From: Vampirovibrionaceae bacterium NZW_1234 | GTDB taxonomy: Bacteria; Cyanobacteriota; Vampirovibrionia; Vampirovibrionales; JAGQHJ01 | Length of the DNA stretch: 64,000 nt | Reading direction: 5' to 3' | Assembly: GCA_041697335.1 (NCBI GenBank) | Contig: JBGUGD010000004.1 | Span: 87,866 to 151,865, forward strand | In this document: in pieces, positions 7,709 to 18,243 of the stretch | Numbering within the stretch: the stretch's first letter is position 1 | Layout: each line of letters starts with the position of its first letter | Program-made: the position numbers and the translations under genes | The notes under the pieces: generated by a model | Database searches by the model: none | Told to the model about the DNA's origin: nothing | The model's input: the letters and a program-made list of their open reading frames with translations, nothing else

Positions 7709-10581
7709 GCTGAAATGGCCTGGATGCAATGCTCACAGATTTCTGGATGTGCCGGTGTCTTGCCAACCGAGGGTAGGTATTTCCAGCATCGGATGCATTT
7801 TGCACCTACCGCTTTTGTGACATAGACTTGAACTGGCGTATCTGTTCCAATTCCAGAAGAGCCAATTACACTCTCTGGTGGGGATGAGGCTAGTTTGACA
7901 CCAGAGGTAATGAACAATGTCGCCAGCTCTGAGAGCGGGATGTGTTGGAGTAAGCTGGCTTGGGGCTCTACCAGAGCAACCAACGTGATTTCAGCTTCCA
8001 GTGAACTGCCAATGGTCCCTTCGGAACGAGGCTTTTCCAGGGCCAAGTTCACCATTTCCTTCAGTTGCATTAACTGTTTAAAGTCATTCTCAACGGCCAG
8101 ATTCATCATTTGAGCATTGACCGTGGGCCATGGGGCCATCAGGATGCTTAAAGGTGGGGTCTCCGCACCGAAGGAAGGTTTGTGTGTATCGGGAATGTTG
8201 AGCCAGATATCTTCAGCCAAGTGAGGCATCACCGGTACCAACATCGGAGTCAAGGTACTGAGCAAGTGATGCAGGACGGTTTGAACCCCTTGGCGCTCTA
8301 GAGATTTCTTGCCCGAAGTGTAGAGAATGTCCTTGGTTACATCGAAGTAGAGGGAGCTCAATTCGGTGACGCAGAAATTTTGAAGCACCTGATAATAATG
8401 GTGAAACTCATAAGTATCAAAGGCCTCGGTCAAAGCCTCAACCACCTGCTGCAAGCGATGCAGAATGTACTGATCCAAGCGGGAGAGTTGCTCGTAGGGC
8501 ACCAGATCCGTTTGAGCATTAAATTCCGAAAGATTTCCCAGGATAAAGCGGATGGTATTTCTCACTTTTCGGTAGACTTCGGTAAGTTGGTTGATGATTT
8601 CCTTGCCAATCCGAACGTCATTGGTGTAGTCAACACTGGCCACCCAAAGCCGCAGAACATCAGCCCCCAGTTGCTGGATAACATCCAGAGGGTCAACGAC
8701 ATTGCCAAGGCTTTTGCTCATCTTGCGCCCATCCTGATCCAGGACAAAGCCATGGGTTAAGACACTTTTATAGGGACGTTCACCCCGAACGGCAACACTG
8801 GTTAGCAAGGCCGACTGGAACCACCCCCGGTGTTGATCGGAGCCTTCCAGATAAAGCTCTACAGGCAGATGGCCAAGCTCCTCAGAACGGGCTTCAACCA
8901 CAGCTGTATGCGTTACGCCACTGTCAAACCAGACATCCATGATGTCCATTTCTTTTTCAAACTCACCATGGCCACACTGACTGCAGGTATAATCCTTGCC
9001 TAGAAGAGTTGCCGCATCGTACGCCCACCAGGAGTCGGATGTCTCTGCTTCAAATCGAGTCGCAACGGTATCAATGATGGCCTCGTTCACTAGGGGTTCA
9101 CGGCATTGGGTGCAATAAAACACCGGGATGGGGACGCCCCAGACCCGCTGACGGCTAATACACCAATCCGAACGGTTTTCGACCATGCTGGTAATCCGGT
9201 GCTCACCTCGGGCTGGGACCCAGGCGACTTTCTTGATTTCTTCCAGTGCCTTTTGACGGAACCCATCCACGCTGATGAACCATTGCTCCGTTGCCCGAAA
9301 GATGACCGGGTTGTGGCATCGCCAGCAATGCGGGTAGCTGTGATTAATCTTGGAGGCACCCAAAAGGGCTTTGGCTTCATCGAGGGCTTCAATCACAACA
9401 GGATTAGCTTTTTCATAGAAGAGCCCTGCAAATCGTTCGCCTGCTTCTGCGGTGAAGACCCCACGATTATCAACCGGCGATAAAATGCCGAGATTGTACT
9501 TCTGACCGACAAGGTAGTCGTCATGCCCGTGGCCAGGAGCGGTATGGACCACACCGGTTCCTGCATCAGCCGTAACATGGTCGCCTAAAACCGTCCGGCT
9601 GGGCCGATCGTAGAGAGGGTGTCTTGCCTTTAGATTTTCTAGGGTTGTTCCTGGCGTTTTAAAGATAATTTCGTAGTTTTCCAAGCCTGTTTTTTGCGCA
9701 AAGTCTTCCAGAAGGGCTTCGGCTAGAATTAATGTGCCCCAATGAGCAGTCTTTACAAAGACGTAGGTCATCTCAGGGTTCAAGGCCAGGCCCAGATTCG
9801 CCGGAATGGTCCAGGGAGTTGTTGTCCAAATCACGAAGTAGGTGTCCGGCCAGTCTCGGTTGACTTGAGCAGGAAAGTCCGGTGAAGAGAACTCCCATGC
9901 TTGAAATCGGATATAAATGCTGTTGGAGGTATGGTCCTGATACTCCACTTCAGCGTCTGCCAATGCGGTTTCGCAGTGAGAACACCAGTAAACAGGTTTG
10001 AGTCCTTTGTATACGTAGCCTTGTTCGTACATTTTTCCGAACAAGCGAATTTGGGTGGCTTCAAAAGGGCCATCAATGGTGACGTAAGGCTGAGACCAAT
10101 TTCCCCAGACTCCAAGGCGTTTGAAGTTATTTTCTTGACCTTGCAGGTTTTTCAAGGCAAAAGCTCGGCACTGCTTGCGAAGTTCCACCTCGGAAACAGC
10201 AGATCTTCCTCCTTTGATGGATTTTACGACAGCATTTTCAATGGGCAACCCGTGGCCGTCATACCCAGGAACATAGGGTGAGTAAAACCCTTGCTGGGAT
10301 TTGTATTTTGTCACAATATCTTTCAAAATCTTATTCAGGGCGGTACCAATGTGGATCTTGTCAGAACTCAGGTACGGTGGGCCGTCATGAAGGAGAAAGC
10401 GCTTGGACTTATCGTGTTTGGCCTGGACTTTTTCGTAAACCTGATGCTCTTCCCAAAACTGCTCCAGTTCAGGTTCACGGGTGGCCGCGCCGGCTTTCAT
10501 TTTAAAATTGGTCTGAGGCAGGTTGAGGGTGTCTTTATAATCCACAGGAGTGTTCGAGGGGGCAGAAGAACTTTGCGACAT
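7705..10581 (-). CDS. ileS: Isoleucine--tRNA ligase
   Basis: LHDGPPY, HIGT (HIGH-like), WTTTPWT, DWCISRQR, EGSDQHRGWF, KMSKS and C-terminal zinc finger. Confidence 0.98.
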   Translation of the reverse strand: MSQSSSAPSNTPVDYKDTLNLPQTNFKMKAGAATREPELEQFWEEHQVYEKVQAKHDKSKRFLLHDGPPYLSSDKIHIGTALNKILKDIVTKYKSQQGFYSPYVPGYDGHGLPIENAVVKSIKGGRSAVSEVELRKQCRAFALKNLQGQENNFKRLGVWGNWSQPYVTIDGPFEATQIRLFGKMYEQGYVYKGLKPVYWCSHCETALADAEVEYQDHTSNSIYIRFQAWEFSSPDFPAQVNRDWPDTYFVIWTTTPWTIPANLGLALNPEMTYVFVKTAHWGTLILAEALLEDFAQKTGLENYEIIFKTPGTTLENLKARHPLYDRPSRTVLGDHVTADAGTGVVHTAPGHGHDDYLVGQKYNLGILSPVDNRGVFTAEAGERFAGLFYEKANPVVIEALDEAKALLGASKINHSYPHCWRCHNPVIFRATEQWFISVDGFRQKALEEIKKVAWVPARGEHRITSMVENRSDWCISRQRVWGVPIPVFYCTQCREPLVNEAIIDTVATRFEAETSDSWWAYDAATLLGKDYTCSQCGHGEFEKEMDIMDVWFDSGVTHTAVVEARSEELGHLPVELYLEGSDQHRGWFQSALLTSVAVRGERPYKSVLTHGFVLDQDGRKMSKSLGNVVDPLDVIQQLGADVLRLWVASVDYTNDVRIGKEIINQLTEVYRKVRNTIRFILGNLSEFNAQTDLVPYEQLSRLDQYILHRLQQVVEALTEAFDTYEFHHYYQVLQNFCVTELSSLYFDVTKDILYTSGKKSLERQGVQTVLHHLLSTLTPMLVPVMPHLAEDIWLNIPDTHKPSFGAETPPLSILMAPWPTVNAQMMNLAVENDFKQLMQLKEMVNLALEKPRSEGTIGSSLEAEITLVALVEPQASLLQHIPLSELATLFITSGVKLASSPPESVIGSSGIGTDTPVQVYVTKAVGAKCIRCWKYLPSVGKTPAHPEICEHCIQAISA

Positions 10582-10633
10582 CAGCGTCCCGTCCTAATCA
10601 ATACTGAGTACTCATCCCATTATTGAACTGGAA

Positions 10634-13600
10634 CTAGCTGACTTTTTCAAGTTTTGTCAAATTCGGATCCAACAGGCGTTTGCCAATGCCCTCAAAATTA
10701 ATGTTGAGGATCACCTGATCGCCATCCATGGTGATAACTCGCTTAATAACGCCCTGGCCATAGCGGGTATGGTAGACCTGCTCACCAGGATGGAAATGTG
10801 CTTCGGTAAGTTGTGCCACCACATTTTTGTAGACCGGAAGCGTGCCATCAGCCGAATCGCTTCCGCTGGTGCTGGCTGATGCCGCCACGGCAGGTTGTCC
10901 ATCCAGGGTAAAGTCAAGATCCAAGCTCAGCGGAATGTCACCCAAGGGAGTGGCTTCGTGGAATTCGGTATCGACTACACCCAAATCAAAGGAGGGCAAA
11001 GGTTCATCAGGTCCAAACAATAGATCCAGTGATTCGTCGTTTGGGGTACTTGTTGCGGGTTCGGATGCAGCAGGGAGCTCTAGGTCGAGAGGAAGTTCCA
11101 GGTCATCCAGTACAAAATCCAGGCCGTCTGCGCTCATAGTGGTTTTTTCAGAGCTTGGTGACGCTAGAGAAGCCAGGCTTTCAGACAATTCCAGCAGATC
11201 TAAATTATCTTGAGCACTCGTCGGTGCGGCGAGATTGAGATCCATATCGGGTAAAACTGATAAGTCGAGGTCGAGTGGCTCTTCCGGGTTCATGTTAGCC
11301 ATCAATGGGTCAGTCCTGTGATCAGCCTCAGGGGCAATTTCGGCTGGCATGTCCAACGCGGCCGTTAGGTCACCAAAGTCAAATTCGGCTTCTGATAGGC
11401 CCAGATCCACTGCCAGTGAAGGCTCTTCCAAGGAAGGCGTAGCCAGGGGAACTTCCGTATGAGCGGAGGCTTCTATCATCAATTCATCCAAATTAAGTTC
11501 CAAGCCTAATTCACCCAAGTCTGATGTTGTTGCCGATATCTCCTGGGCTGGCCCCATTTCGACCACGGGTTCGCCTTGCGGTGTGGGACTGACAGAATCA
11601 AAATCGAAATCCCCCATATCCAGCTCCAGGCTACCCAGGATGTCATCGCTCGTAGGAATGGCTTGGTCTTGTGCCATGGAGGGGTTGGATGGGGCTGACC
11701 CAATAAGGTCATCCAGGGAGAGATCCAGGTTAAGGTCATCTCTCAGAAGATTAATTTCTGGTGTTGGCTCAGAAAGGGTCTCTGGTGCTGTCGGTGCAGG
11801 TAGCACTGATTCAGGGAAGTCCTCGCTGAAGGAGAAGGCTTCCCAGTTTTCTGGCACGTTGGATGTTGAGGTCTCTTCGGCAAAGAAATCCGAGGTATCC
11901 AGATTAGTATCATTAAAGAAGTTAATTTCCTCAAGTAAAGCGTTTGTGTCGCTATTGCTGGAAGGAATTTCGGCAGGATGCTCGGGAACATCTTCTGCCA
12001 TCAGATCAGTGAGTTGCAATTCTTCCGGTATATGGGTGAGGCTATCGGGCGTTAGTATCTCTGGTAACTCGACTTCCAACGCAGTTGGGTTGTTCAGCCC
12101 TTGATTGGTGAGCAGGGTTGTGGGAGGCTCACTGGGGTCGCTAATGGGACCTTGATCCAAGGCAAATACGGCCTGATTGAGCTCATTGAAATAGGCGGCT
12201 TGGGAAGGCTCATCGTTGGTAGCTTCGTTCTGAGGTTGAAGGGTAATCTCGTCATCCAGTTCCAGGGAAGCAAAGATGTCCATGGGTTCGGCATTGGGGT
12301 CGCCATTCGCGTCGACTACGGATTGCTCCAATCCCAGAAGCTTGCCGAGTTCCTCGCTATCAAAAAGCTGTTCTTCTTCTGATTCCAGAGGGGAAGCCAA
12401 GTGTGCTTTCTGCACCACACCCAGTTCCCATTGATGCGTGTCTCCTAGGGCATTATTGTGTTCAGATGGAGAGGGCTGGGTATCGGCAGAGTCTTCTTTC
12501 GCTTCGGCTGAAGGTTCAAAACGGGACTCTCCGGCTGAGTGATGAGTGTCTGGGCTCAAATGAATTTGTTCTGTGTCCTCACCTTCTTTTAGTAGGGCAT
12601 GGAGCTGATCGAATTCCCATTCGCCCGAGGGTGCATTCTCCTGGTAGACCTTCTCATAGATCCGAGTTGTGCCGATTTCCATTTCCGCTTCCAGAGACAA
12701 CTTTTCAGGGTCGGCTTCCAGGTTCTTCTCGTTAACGGTTTCCAGAAGGTCAGGGGCCATGGTCGACAAGATGCCGTCTTCCATTTCCAGGATGGTCATA
12801 TCCCATTCCAGGCTCATATCGGCACTGGTTTCCAGATCAGGCAGCATTTCCATGCCTTTGGTAATATTGGGAATCTCTTTTTCTAACAGGCGGTAGAAGC
12901 CGGATTGATCGCCCAAAGAGGATTCCATATTGCCAAACTCGAGATTCCATAAACCTTCCGCATCATCTGTTAATAGATTCAGCTCAGAGTCAATTTGATA
13001 GGCTTCACCTGATTCTTCGAGGGTGCTGGGCACTTGGTTCTCAATCTCAGACGGTTGAGGTGTTGGGGCCTCGTCGTCCAATTCCAAAAGTTGAAAGGGA
13101 TCAGTCGTGCTGGAGGCAGCACTGGGAGCATCTTCAGCAATTCGCCAGTCAATACTCAACTCATCCCATTGCTCTGGATCAATTACTTCGGAGGTGGGAA
13201 GTGCTGCTGTAGCTTCCGTAAGAGTAGACTCTTGTGACGGAGTCAAGACAGTAAAGCTGTCTGGATTACTTTCATCACTGGGTAGAAATGAGCCGCTTTC
13301 CAGAGATAGAATGGAGTTTTCGGAACCCATTTCCGACGACGGGTTAGAGACAATGTCCAAGCTTAAATCGCCGGACATATCTAAGGGAGCTAGAGAAATA
13401 GGTTCCAGGGCGTTTAAAGCCTCTGGTTGATATCCTTCGTGAACCCAGCGGGATTCTAAATCCCCAGTTTCAACCTGTTCAATGGATAAATGCTCCGGTA
13501 ACTCAGACGGAACAGCTTCATCTGTCATGCTGAGTTGAGACTCTACCGGGCTGAGTGTCTCTGGTGACGTTTCCTGAGCCGGTGAGGAACTTCTGTCGGC

Positions 13601-15505
13601 AAAACCCAAGGGTAGGCTGATGTGATAGTCAAAGAGATCAATGAAATTGAGTTCACCATGAAGTGCATTCTCTTGTTCATGAAGCTCTCCTGAGGAAACT
13701 TCGTCCACCACCTCAGGTGGAATCAGTAACTCCTCGGGTGGGGGGGCTTCTACAGCCTCAAGTTGGGTGACTGCTGGTGTTAAGAGATTTTCGTAATTAG
13801 TATCAGGTTCTACAAACTCGGTTTTCGACTCCAGCGGTAGTGCACTCAAATCAGGATCTGCTGTCTCAATGGGGGCCAACAGTTGAGGTTCCAATTGCGG
13901 TGTTAGAGCGAGATCGTCAAAGCCATTGAATTCAATTTCAAGGCCGGATAAGCTGAGTTCTTCCAGGGTAGTAGCTTCTGATGAACCGTCGTGTTGGTGG
14001 GCTTCGACCTCAAGCGTTGATTCGGATGCCTCTACAAGTGGCTCAACCATAGGATCATCAAGGAGAGGGGCTTGCGCCTCACTATTCTCTTGGATATCAG
14101 GGGTGTCCGAGGGAGGGACTAGCTCAGGGAGCGCTAACGTCGGTTCTTGGTGAAGCAATTCATCGAAGGACAGATCAGGTTGTAAGAAATCATCGGTAAA
14201 TGAGGACGTATCTTCGTGAACCAAGGGTTCGGCGTGCTCAGTGGAGAGAGGGCTTGTTGAGGCTATTTCTTCTTCTGGTTCATGGTGATCGGGTATGTCT
14301 ACCAAGGTCTCTGGTTCAAAAACCGCATGCTCAAGCATTTCGACCAGTTCCGAGGTAGATGCCTGATCTGGAACGGCGTCAAGGGCCGGCAAGACCTGTT
14401 GTGGGATCTCCTGAGGCAGAGGTGCCATTAATGCGGATTCTGGGATAAACATACTCAGCCCATCCAGCATGGTGCCATGCATGACAATGCCTTCTTCACC
14501 AAATTGACGCTGGGACTGCCAATGATCAGTAATCAAATCTTTCCAGGGCTTATCCGTGGAGCTGATTAGAAAGCTTCTGTATGAGGTTCGCTGTAAAAAT
14601 TCCGTTAAGTAATGGGACTCGACCTCGGGAGAAATAAGCATAATTTGTAGGGTTTGGGGCATTACCTGCCGAGAAACCATTTTCAAGATTCCTTCGTAGG
14701 CAATGGGTAAGAGTTCTGGGGGAAGGCCGGAAAAATCGATGTGCCAAGCTCCTGAGAACTGCTTTAAAGTTAAGGCTTTATCCGGTGTCGAGGCAAAGAG
14801 CCGGTTTTTGTGAAAACTAAAGAGCTGATGCAGGATAGCGGCGGAGAGCGGGTGATCTTTGAGCAGCGGGTGGTTCACAAAGTATTGGATTGGAATGAAG
14901 CTTGGTGTTGGAGGGACCAGGCTTAAGAGCAGTTCGGATGCCTGGGCTTGAATGGGTTTTGGGAGTCCATTAATAACCGATTCCAAAAAGGCTGTAATCC
15001 CGATTTCCTGGATGGAGAGCTGGGTATTAGAACCAATCTTCAGATGGGCAGCCTCTAAGTCCAGGCCTAAAGGGTCCAGAATCAGCATGGGGGTGGAGGC
15101 TGCATGAAAGCTGTTAATCAGTCGGCGGTGCAGACGATATTCGTTCTGCTCAACAAAGACTACCCGGCCCAGTTTAGACAAATCAAATACCAGAGTGTCA
15201 AATGACATGGGGGTTTTAACAGGGATGTGCTCGTAGATCGAACGATAGAAATCTTGTTGGGAGAGTTGACGCGAGTTCACCACACGCGTGTCCGGGCTTC
15301 CAGACACCGGAAGTAAGACGAGCTTCAGGACCTTGTTATTTCCTGGAACGGGCATTACGGAGTCAATCTGGGTATAAAACCGGCTCCCCATTTCAGTCTC
15401 AAATTCAATGAAGTGGCCCGGTTTTGGAAATTCGCTCCAGTCTGTACAGCTGCCCTCTAGCCTATCCTTCGTCAGTTGGTCAATTGTGACATGTAACGCG
15501 GTCAT
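10634..15505 (-). CDS. 1623-aa protein: degenerate HerA-like N-terminus, long acidic disordered region, C-terminal UvrD/PcrA-type Tudor-like domain
   Basis: Continuous ORF; central ~1200 aa rich in E/D/L/S/P; C-terminal FHPGEQVYHTRYGQGVI...NINFEGIGKRLL. Confidence 0.75.
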   Translation of the reverse strand: MTALHVTIDQLTKDRLEGSCTDWSEFPKPGHFIEFETEMGSRFYTQIDSVMPVPGNNKVLKLVLLPVSGSPDTRVVNSRQLSQQDFYRSIYEHIPVKTPMSFDTLVFDLSKLGRVVFVEQNEYRLHRRLINSFHAASTPMLILDPLGLDLEAAHLKIGSNTQLSIQEIGITAFLESVINGLPKPIQAQASELLLSLVPPTPSFIPIQYFVNHPLLKDHPLSAAILHQLFSFHKNRLFASTPDKALTLKQFSGAWHIDFSGLPPELLPIAYEGILKMVSRQVMPQTLQIMLISPEVESHYLTEFLQRTSYRSFLISSTDKPWKDLITDHWQSQRQFGEEGIVMHGTMLDGLSMFIPESALMAPLPQEIPQQVLPALDAVPDQASTSELVEMLEHAVFEPETLVDIPDHHEPEEEIASTSPLSTEHAEPLVHEDTSSFTDDFLQPDLSFDELLHQEPTLALPELVPPSDTPDIQENSEAQAPLLDDPMVEPLVEASESTLEVEAHQHDGSSEATTLEELSLSGLEIEFNGFDDLALTPQLEPQLLAPIETADPDLSALPLESKTEFVEPDTNYENLLTPAVTQLEAVEAPPPEELLIPPEVVDEVSSGELHEQENALHGELNFIDLFDYHISLPLGFADRSSSPAQETSPETLSPVESQLSMTDEAVPSELPEHLSIEQVETGDLESRWVHEGYQPEALNALEPISLAPLDMSGDLSLDIVSNPSSEMGSENSILSLESGSFLPSDESNPDSFTVLTPSQESTLTEATAALPTSEVIDPEQWDELSIDWRIAEDAPSAASSTTDPFQLLELDDEAPTPQPSEIENQVPSTLEESGEAYQIDSELNLLTDDAEGLWNLEFGNMESSLGDQSGFYRLLEKEIPNITKGMEMLPDLETSADMSLEWDMTILEMEDGILSTMAPDLLETVNEKNLEADPEKLSLEAEMEIGTTRIYEKVYQENAPSGEWEFDQLHALLKEGEDTEQIHLSPDTHHSAGESRFEPSAEAKEDSADTQPSPSEHNNALGDTHQWELGVVQKAHLASPLESEEEQLFDSEELGKLLGLEQSVVDANGDPNAEPMDIFASLELDDEITLQPQNEATNDEPSQAAYFNELNQAVFALDQGPISDPSEPPTTLLTNQGLNNPTALEVELPEILTPDSLTHIPEELQLTDLMAEDVPEHPAEIPSSNSDTNALLEEINFFNDTNLDTSDFFAEETSTSNVPENWEAFSFSEDFPESVLPAPTAPETLSEPTPEINLLRDDLNLDLSLDDLIGSAPSNPSMAQDQAIPTSDDILGSLELDMGDFDFDSVSPTPQGEPVVEMGPAQEISATTSDLGELGLELNLDELMIEASAHTEVPLATPSLEEPSLAVDLGLSEAEFDFGDLTAALDMPAEIAPEADHRTDPLMANMNPEEPLDLDLSVLPDMDLNLAAPTSAQDNLDLLELSESLASLASPSSEKTTMSADGLDFVLDDLELPLDLELPAASEPATSTPNDESLDLLFGPDEPLPSFDLGVVDTEFHEATPLGDIPLSLDLDFTLDGQPAVAASASTSGSDSADGTLPVYKNVVAQLTEAHFHPGEQVYHTRYGQGVIKRVITMDGDQVILNINFEGIGKRLLDPNLTKLEKVS

Positions 15506-15580
15506 GGAAATGAATTGTGTAACAGCTCTTTTTACTATTTTATACTGTTATCGGTAAAATCACGGGAACTTGAATGGGCA

Positions 15581-16822
15581 ATGACGAATCTGTTGGATTT
15601 GCTGGGCGACAAGCATCGTAAGGTTCCGCTGGCCGAAAGGCTTCGTCCCAAGTCGTTAGCGGAATATGTGGGGCAAATGTCGGTATTGGGTGAGAATGCC
15701 CCTCTCAGAAACCTGATTTTGTCGAAGAGTTTAACCTCCTTGGTCTTCTGGGGGCCGCCTGGGGTTGGTAAAACCACCTTGGCCCGGTTGATTGCAGAAA
15801 ATTCCAATGCCCTGTTTATCGAGTTGAGTGCCGTTTCTTCAGGAATTGCTGAACTTCGTAAGGCAGTGGAATCTGCTAAAGAGGCCCTCAATATGACTCA
15901 ACGCCAGACGGTGCTCTTTATCGACGAGATCCATCGCTACAGCAAGACCCAGCAGGATGCTCTATTACCCTATGTCGAGAACGGAACCTTTATTCTGATC
16001 GGTTCAACCACTGAGAATCCAAGCTTTCAGGTAATTCCGGCCTTGTTGTCTCGGGTATTGGTTGTGCGCCTGGGCTACCTGGAGCGAGTAGAGATTCTTA
16101 CCTTGTTAAACCGAGGTGTGAGTGAGCTTGGAAATCTTTCCATAGATGAGGCGGCCTTATCTTTTGTTGTAGACTATGCCAATGGTGATGGGAGAAGCGC
16201 CCTTAACCTATTAGAAACAGCCTACCTGTGTGCCCCAATCCAAGGCGAAACCAGGCAGGTTGAATTGCCCTTTCTGGAAAAACTGGTTCAGCAGAATCGC
16301 TTAAACTACGATCGGGGTGGAGATGAACACTATGATCATGCCTCGGCTTACCAAAAAAGTATGCGAGGCTCCGATGCGGATGCCGCCATTTATTGGCTAG
16401 GAAAAATGATTTCAGGAGGCGAAGATCCCCGGTTTATTGCACGTCGCTTGCTCATCACAGCCGCCGAAGATGTGGGGAATGCAGACCCCATGGCCTTTGT
16501 TTTAGCTTCTGCCGCGGCAGAGGCGGTGGATCGCCTTGGTTTGCCTGAGTGTCGCATCCCGCTGGCGCAGGCGACTATTTATGTGGCTCAGGCCAAGAAG
16601 TCCAACCAATCCGTTGTGGCCATAGATGCTGCGATGAGTGACATCCAGCACCGGGGAAAGAGTTTTTCAGTCCCGCCACATCTGAGAGATGCGCATTATA
16701 AGGATGCTAAAAAGTATGGTCACGGGGTGGGCTACATTTACAGCCATGAGCACCCGGAGCAGCCCCAGACGTTTCTACCCGACCCGTTGATTGGAACAAG
16801 CTATGTGGACGAAATTCCATGA
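15581..16822 (+). CDS. rarA: Replication-associated recombination protein A (RarA/MgsA)
   Basis: PLAERLRP, WGPPGVGKTTLA, FIDEIHR, TTENPSF, KSMRGSD, EDVGNADP, VPPHLRDAHY. Confidence 0.96.
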   Translation: MTNLLDLLGDKHRKVPLAERLRPKSLAEYVGQMSVLGENAPLRNLILSKSLTSLVFWGPPGVGKTTLARLIAENSNALFIELSAVSSGIAELRKAVESAKEALNMTQRQTVLFIDEIHRYSKTQQDALLPYVENGTFILIGSTTENPSFQVIPALLSRVLVVRLGYLERVEILTLLNRGVSELGNLSIDEAALSFVVDYANGDGRSALNLLETAYLCAPIQGETRQVELPFLEKLVQQNRLNYDRGGDEHYDHASAYQKSMRGSDADAAIYWLGKMISGGEDPRFIARRLLITAAEDVGNADPMAFVLASAAAEAVDRLGLPECRIPLAQATIYVAQAKKSNQSVVAIDAAMSDIQHRGKSFSVPPHLRDAHYKDAKKYGHGVGYIYSHEHPEQPQTFLPDPLIGTSYVDEIP

Positions 16823-16848
16823 GGAGCCCGACTGTGCAGGAAATTGCC

Positions 16849-17454
16849 ATGACTGAGTTAACCCCAAAGCAACAAATGAAAACCATTATTCTGGCCTCTG
16901 GCTCTCCCCGGCGCCGGGAATTGTTAGCGTCTCTTGGTATTGATTTTGAGGTCATTCCGCCACAGGTGGATGAAAAGAGCTATGATGTAACAGGATTGTC
17001 CCCCCGAGAGAAGGTGTTGCACCTGGCTCGGTTTAAAGGTCAGTCTGTGGCGAGTCAATATCCGGATGCGATCGTCATCTCGGCAGACACCTTAGTGGTT
17101 CTGAATGACGAAATCTTGGAAAAGCCTACGGATGAAGCCGATGCTTTTTCCATGTTGTCCCGTTTGCAGGGGCAGGTTCATACGGTGGAATCGGCTATTG
17201 CGGTGTTCTCCAACGGAGAAGTTTATCTTGAGGCCCTCTCGACCCGGGTCAAAATGCGTGCCCTGACAGAATCTGAAATTCGAAATTACATTGCCACCGG
17301 CGAGCCCATGGATAAAGCCGGAGCCTATGCTATCCAAGGCTACGGCAGTGTTCTGGTGGAGTGGATTGAGGGGTGTTACTTTAACGTGGTGGGGATGTCT
17401 ATGGTGTTGTTGAACCAGTTGTTTCGCCAAGCAGATCTCCGTCTGGTTCTCTAG
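16849..17454 (+). CDS. maf: Maf-family nucleoside triphosphate pyrophosphatase
   Basis: IILASGSPRRRELL, ADT.V, EKP, GEPMDKAGAYAIQG, NVVG. Start could be 16819. Confidence 0.95.
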   Translation: MTELTPKQQMKTIILASGSPRRRELLASLGIDFEVIPPQVDEKSYDVTGLSPREKVLHLARFKGQSVASQYPDAIVISADTLVVLNDEILEKPTDEADAFSMLSRLQGQVHTVESAIAVFSNGEVYLEALSTRVKMRALTESEIRNYIATGEPMDKAGAYAIQGYGSVLVEWIEGCYFNVVGMSMVLLNQLFRQADLRLVL

Positions 17455-17471
17455 TTTGGGATTATCTGTAG

Positions 17472-18233
17472 ATGCCTATGCGCTTGGTATCCACCTCCCC
17501 CGACAATACGGAAATCCTGTGTGCTTTAGGATTTGAAGCATCTTTGGTTGGGATCAGTCGGCATTGTGACTATCCACCGGAACTCCAGGACCGTATTGCC
17601 GTGGTCTCAGATTTTGCCAAGGCCGATGTTGCCATAGTGGAAGCCCTTAAGCCAGATTTAGTGTTCTGTTCTACCTATTACCAGGCTCCCATGGTAGAAG
17701 CCCTCGTCTCAGCCCATTGTCGGGTTTTTGTCAGTCAGCCCAGCTCGATTGCGTCCATTTATGACAATATTCGCTATATTGCCAATCTGTTGGGTGTGCC
17801 TGAGCGCGGGTATACTCTTATTGACCAGATGCGCCAAGGGATGCCGATTCGGCCCAAAACGGGTATTCGGGTGTTTGCCGAAGAATGGGGCGATCCCATC
17901 GTACATGCGGCCCCTTGGATTCAGGAGATGGTTATGTTGGCAGGTGGGGAACCGGTTCTTGCCGATCGGATGAGTCAGACCCATACCAATGGCCGCATTG
18001 TTAGCGCCGAAGAGGTGGTTCAAGCCCGGGCTGATATGGTGCTTTTAAGCTGGTGTGGGGTTCATGGGCGGATTCCGCTGGACAAGGTTCGCCAAAGAGC
18101 CGGTTGGGATCAGTTGCCGGCCCTGCAAAAAGGCCAGCTTTTTCCAGTGGATGACACGTTCTTTGTGCGCCCTGGTCCCAGGTTAGTGGAAGGCTATCAG
18201 ATGTTGGTCAAACTCTTGGAAACGTGCTCTTAA
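17472..18233 (+). CDS. Cobalamin/Fe-siderophore-type substrate-binding protein (BtuF-like)
   Basis: RLVS..P..TEIL.ALG, VGISRHCDYP, LKPDLV and RPGPRLVEG motifs. Confidence 0.85.
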   Translation: MPMRLVSTSPDNTEILCALGFEASLVGISRHCDYPPELQDRIAVVSDFAKADVAIVEALKPDLVFCSTYYQAPMVEALVSAHCRVFVSQPSSIASIYDNIRYIANLLGVPERGYTLIDQMRQGMPIRPKTGIRVFAEEWGDPIVHAAPWIQEMVMLAGGEPVLADRMSQTHTNGRIVSAEEVVQARADMVLLSWCGVHGRIPLDKVRQRAGWDQLPALQKGQLFPVDDTFFVRPGPRLVEGYQMLVKLLETCS

Positions 18234-18243
18234 CGCGCAGCGC

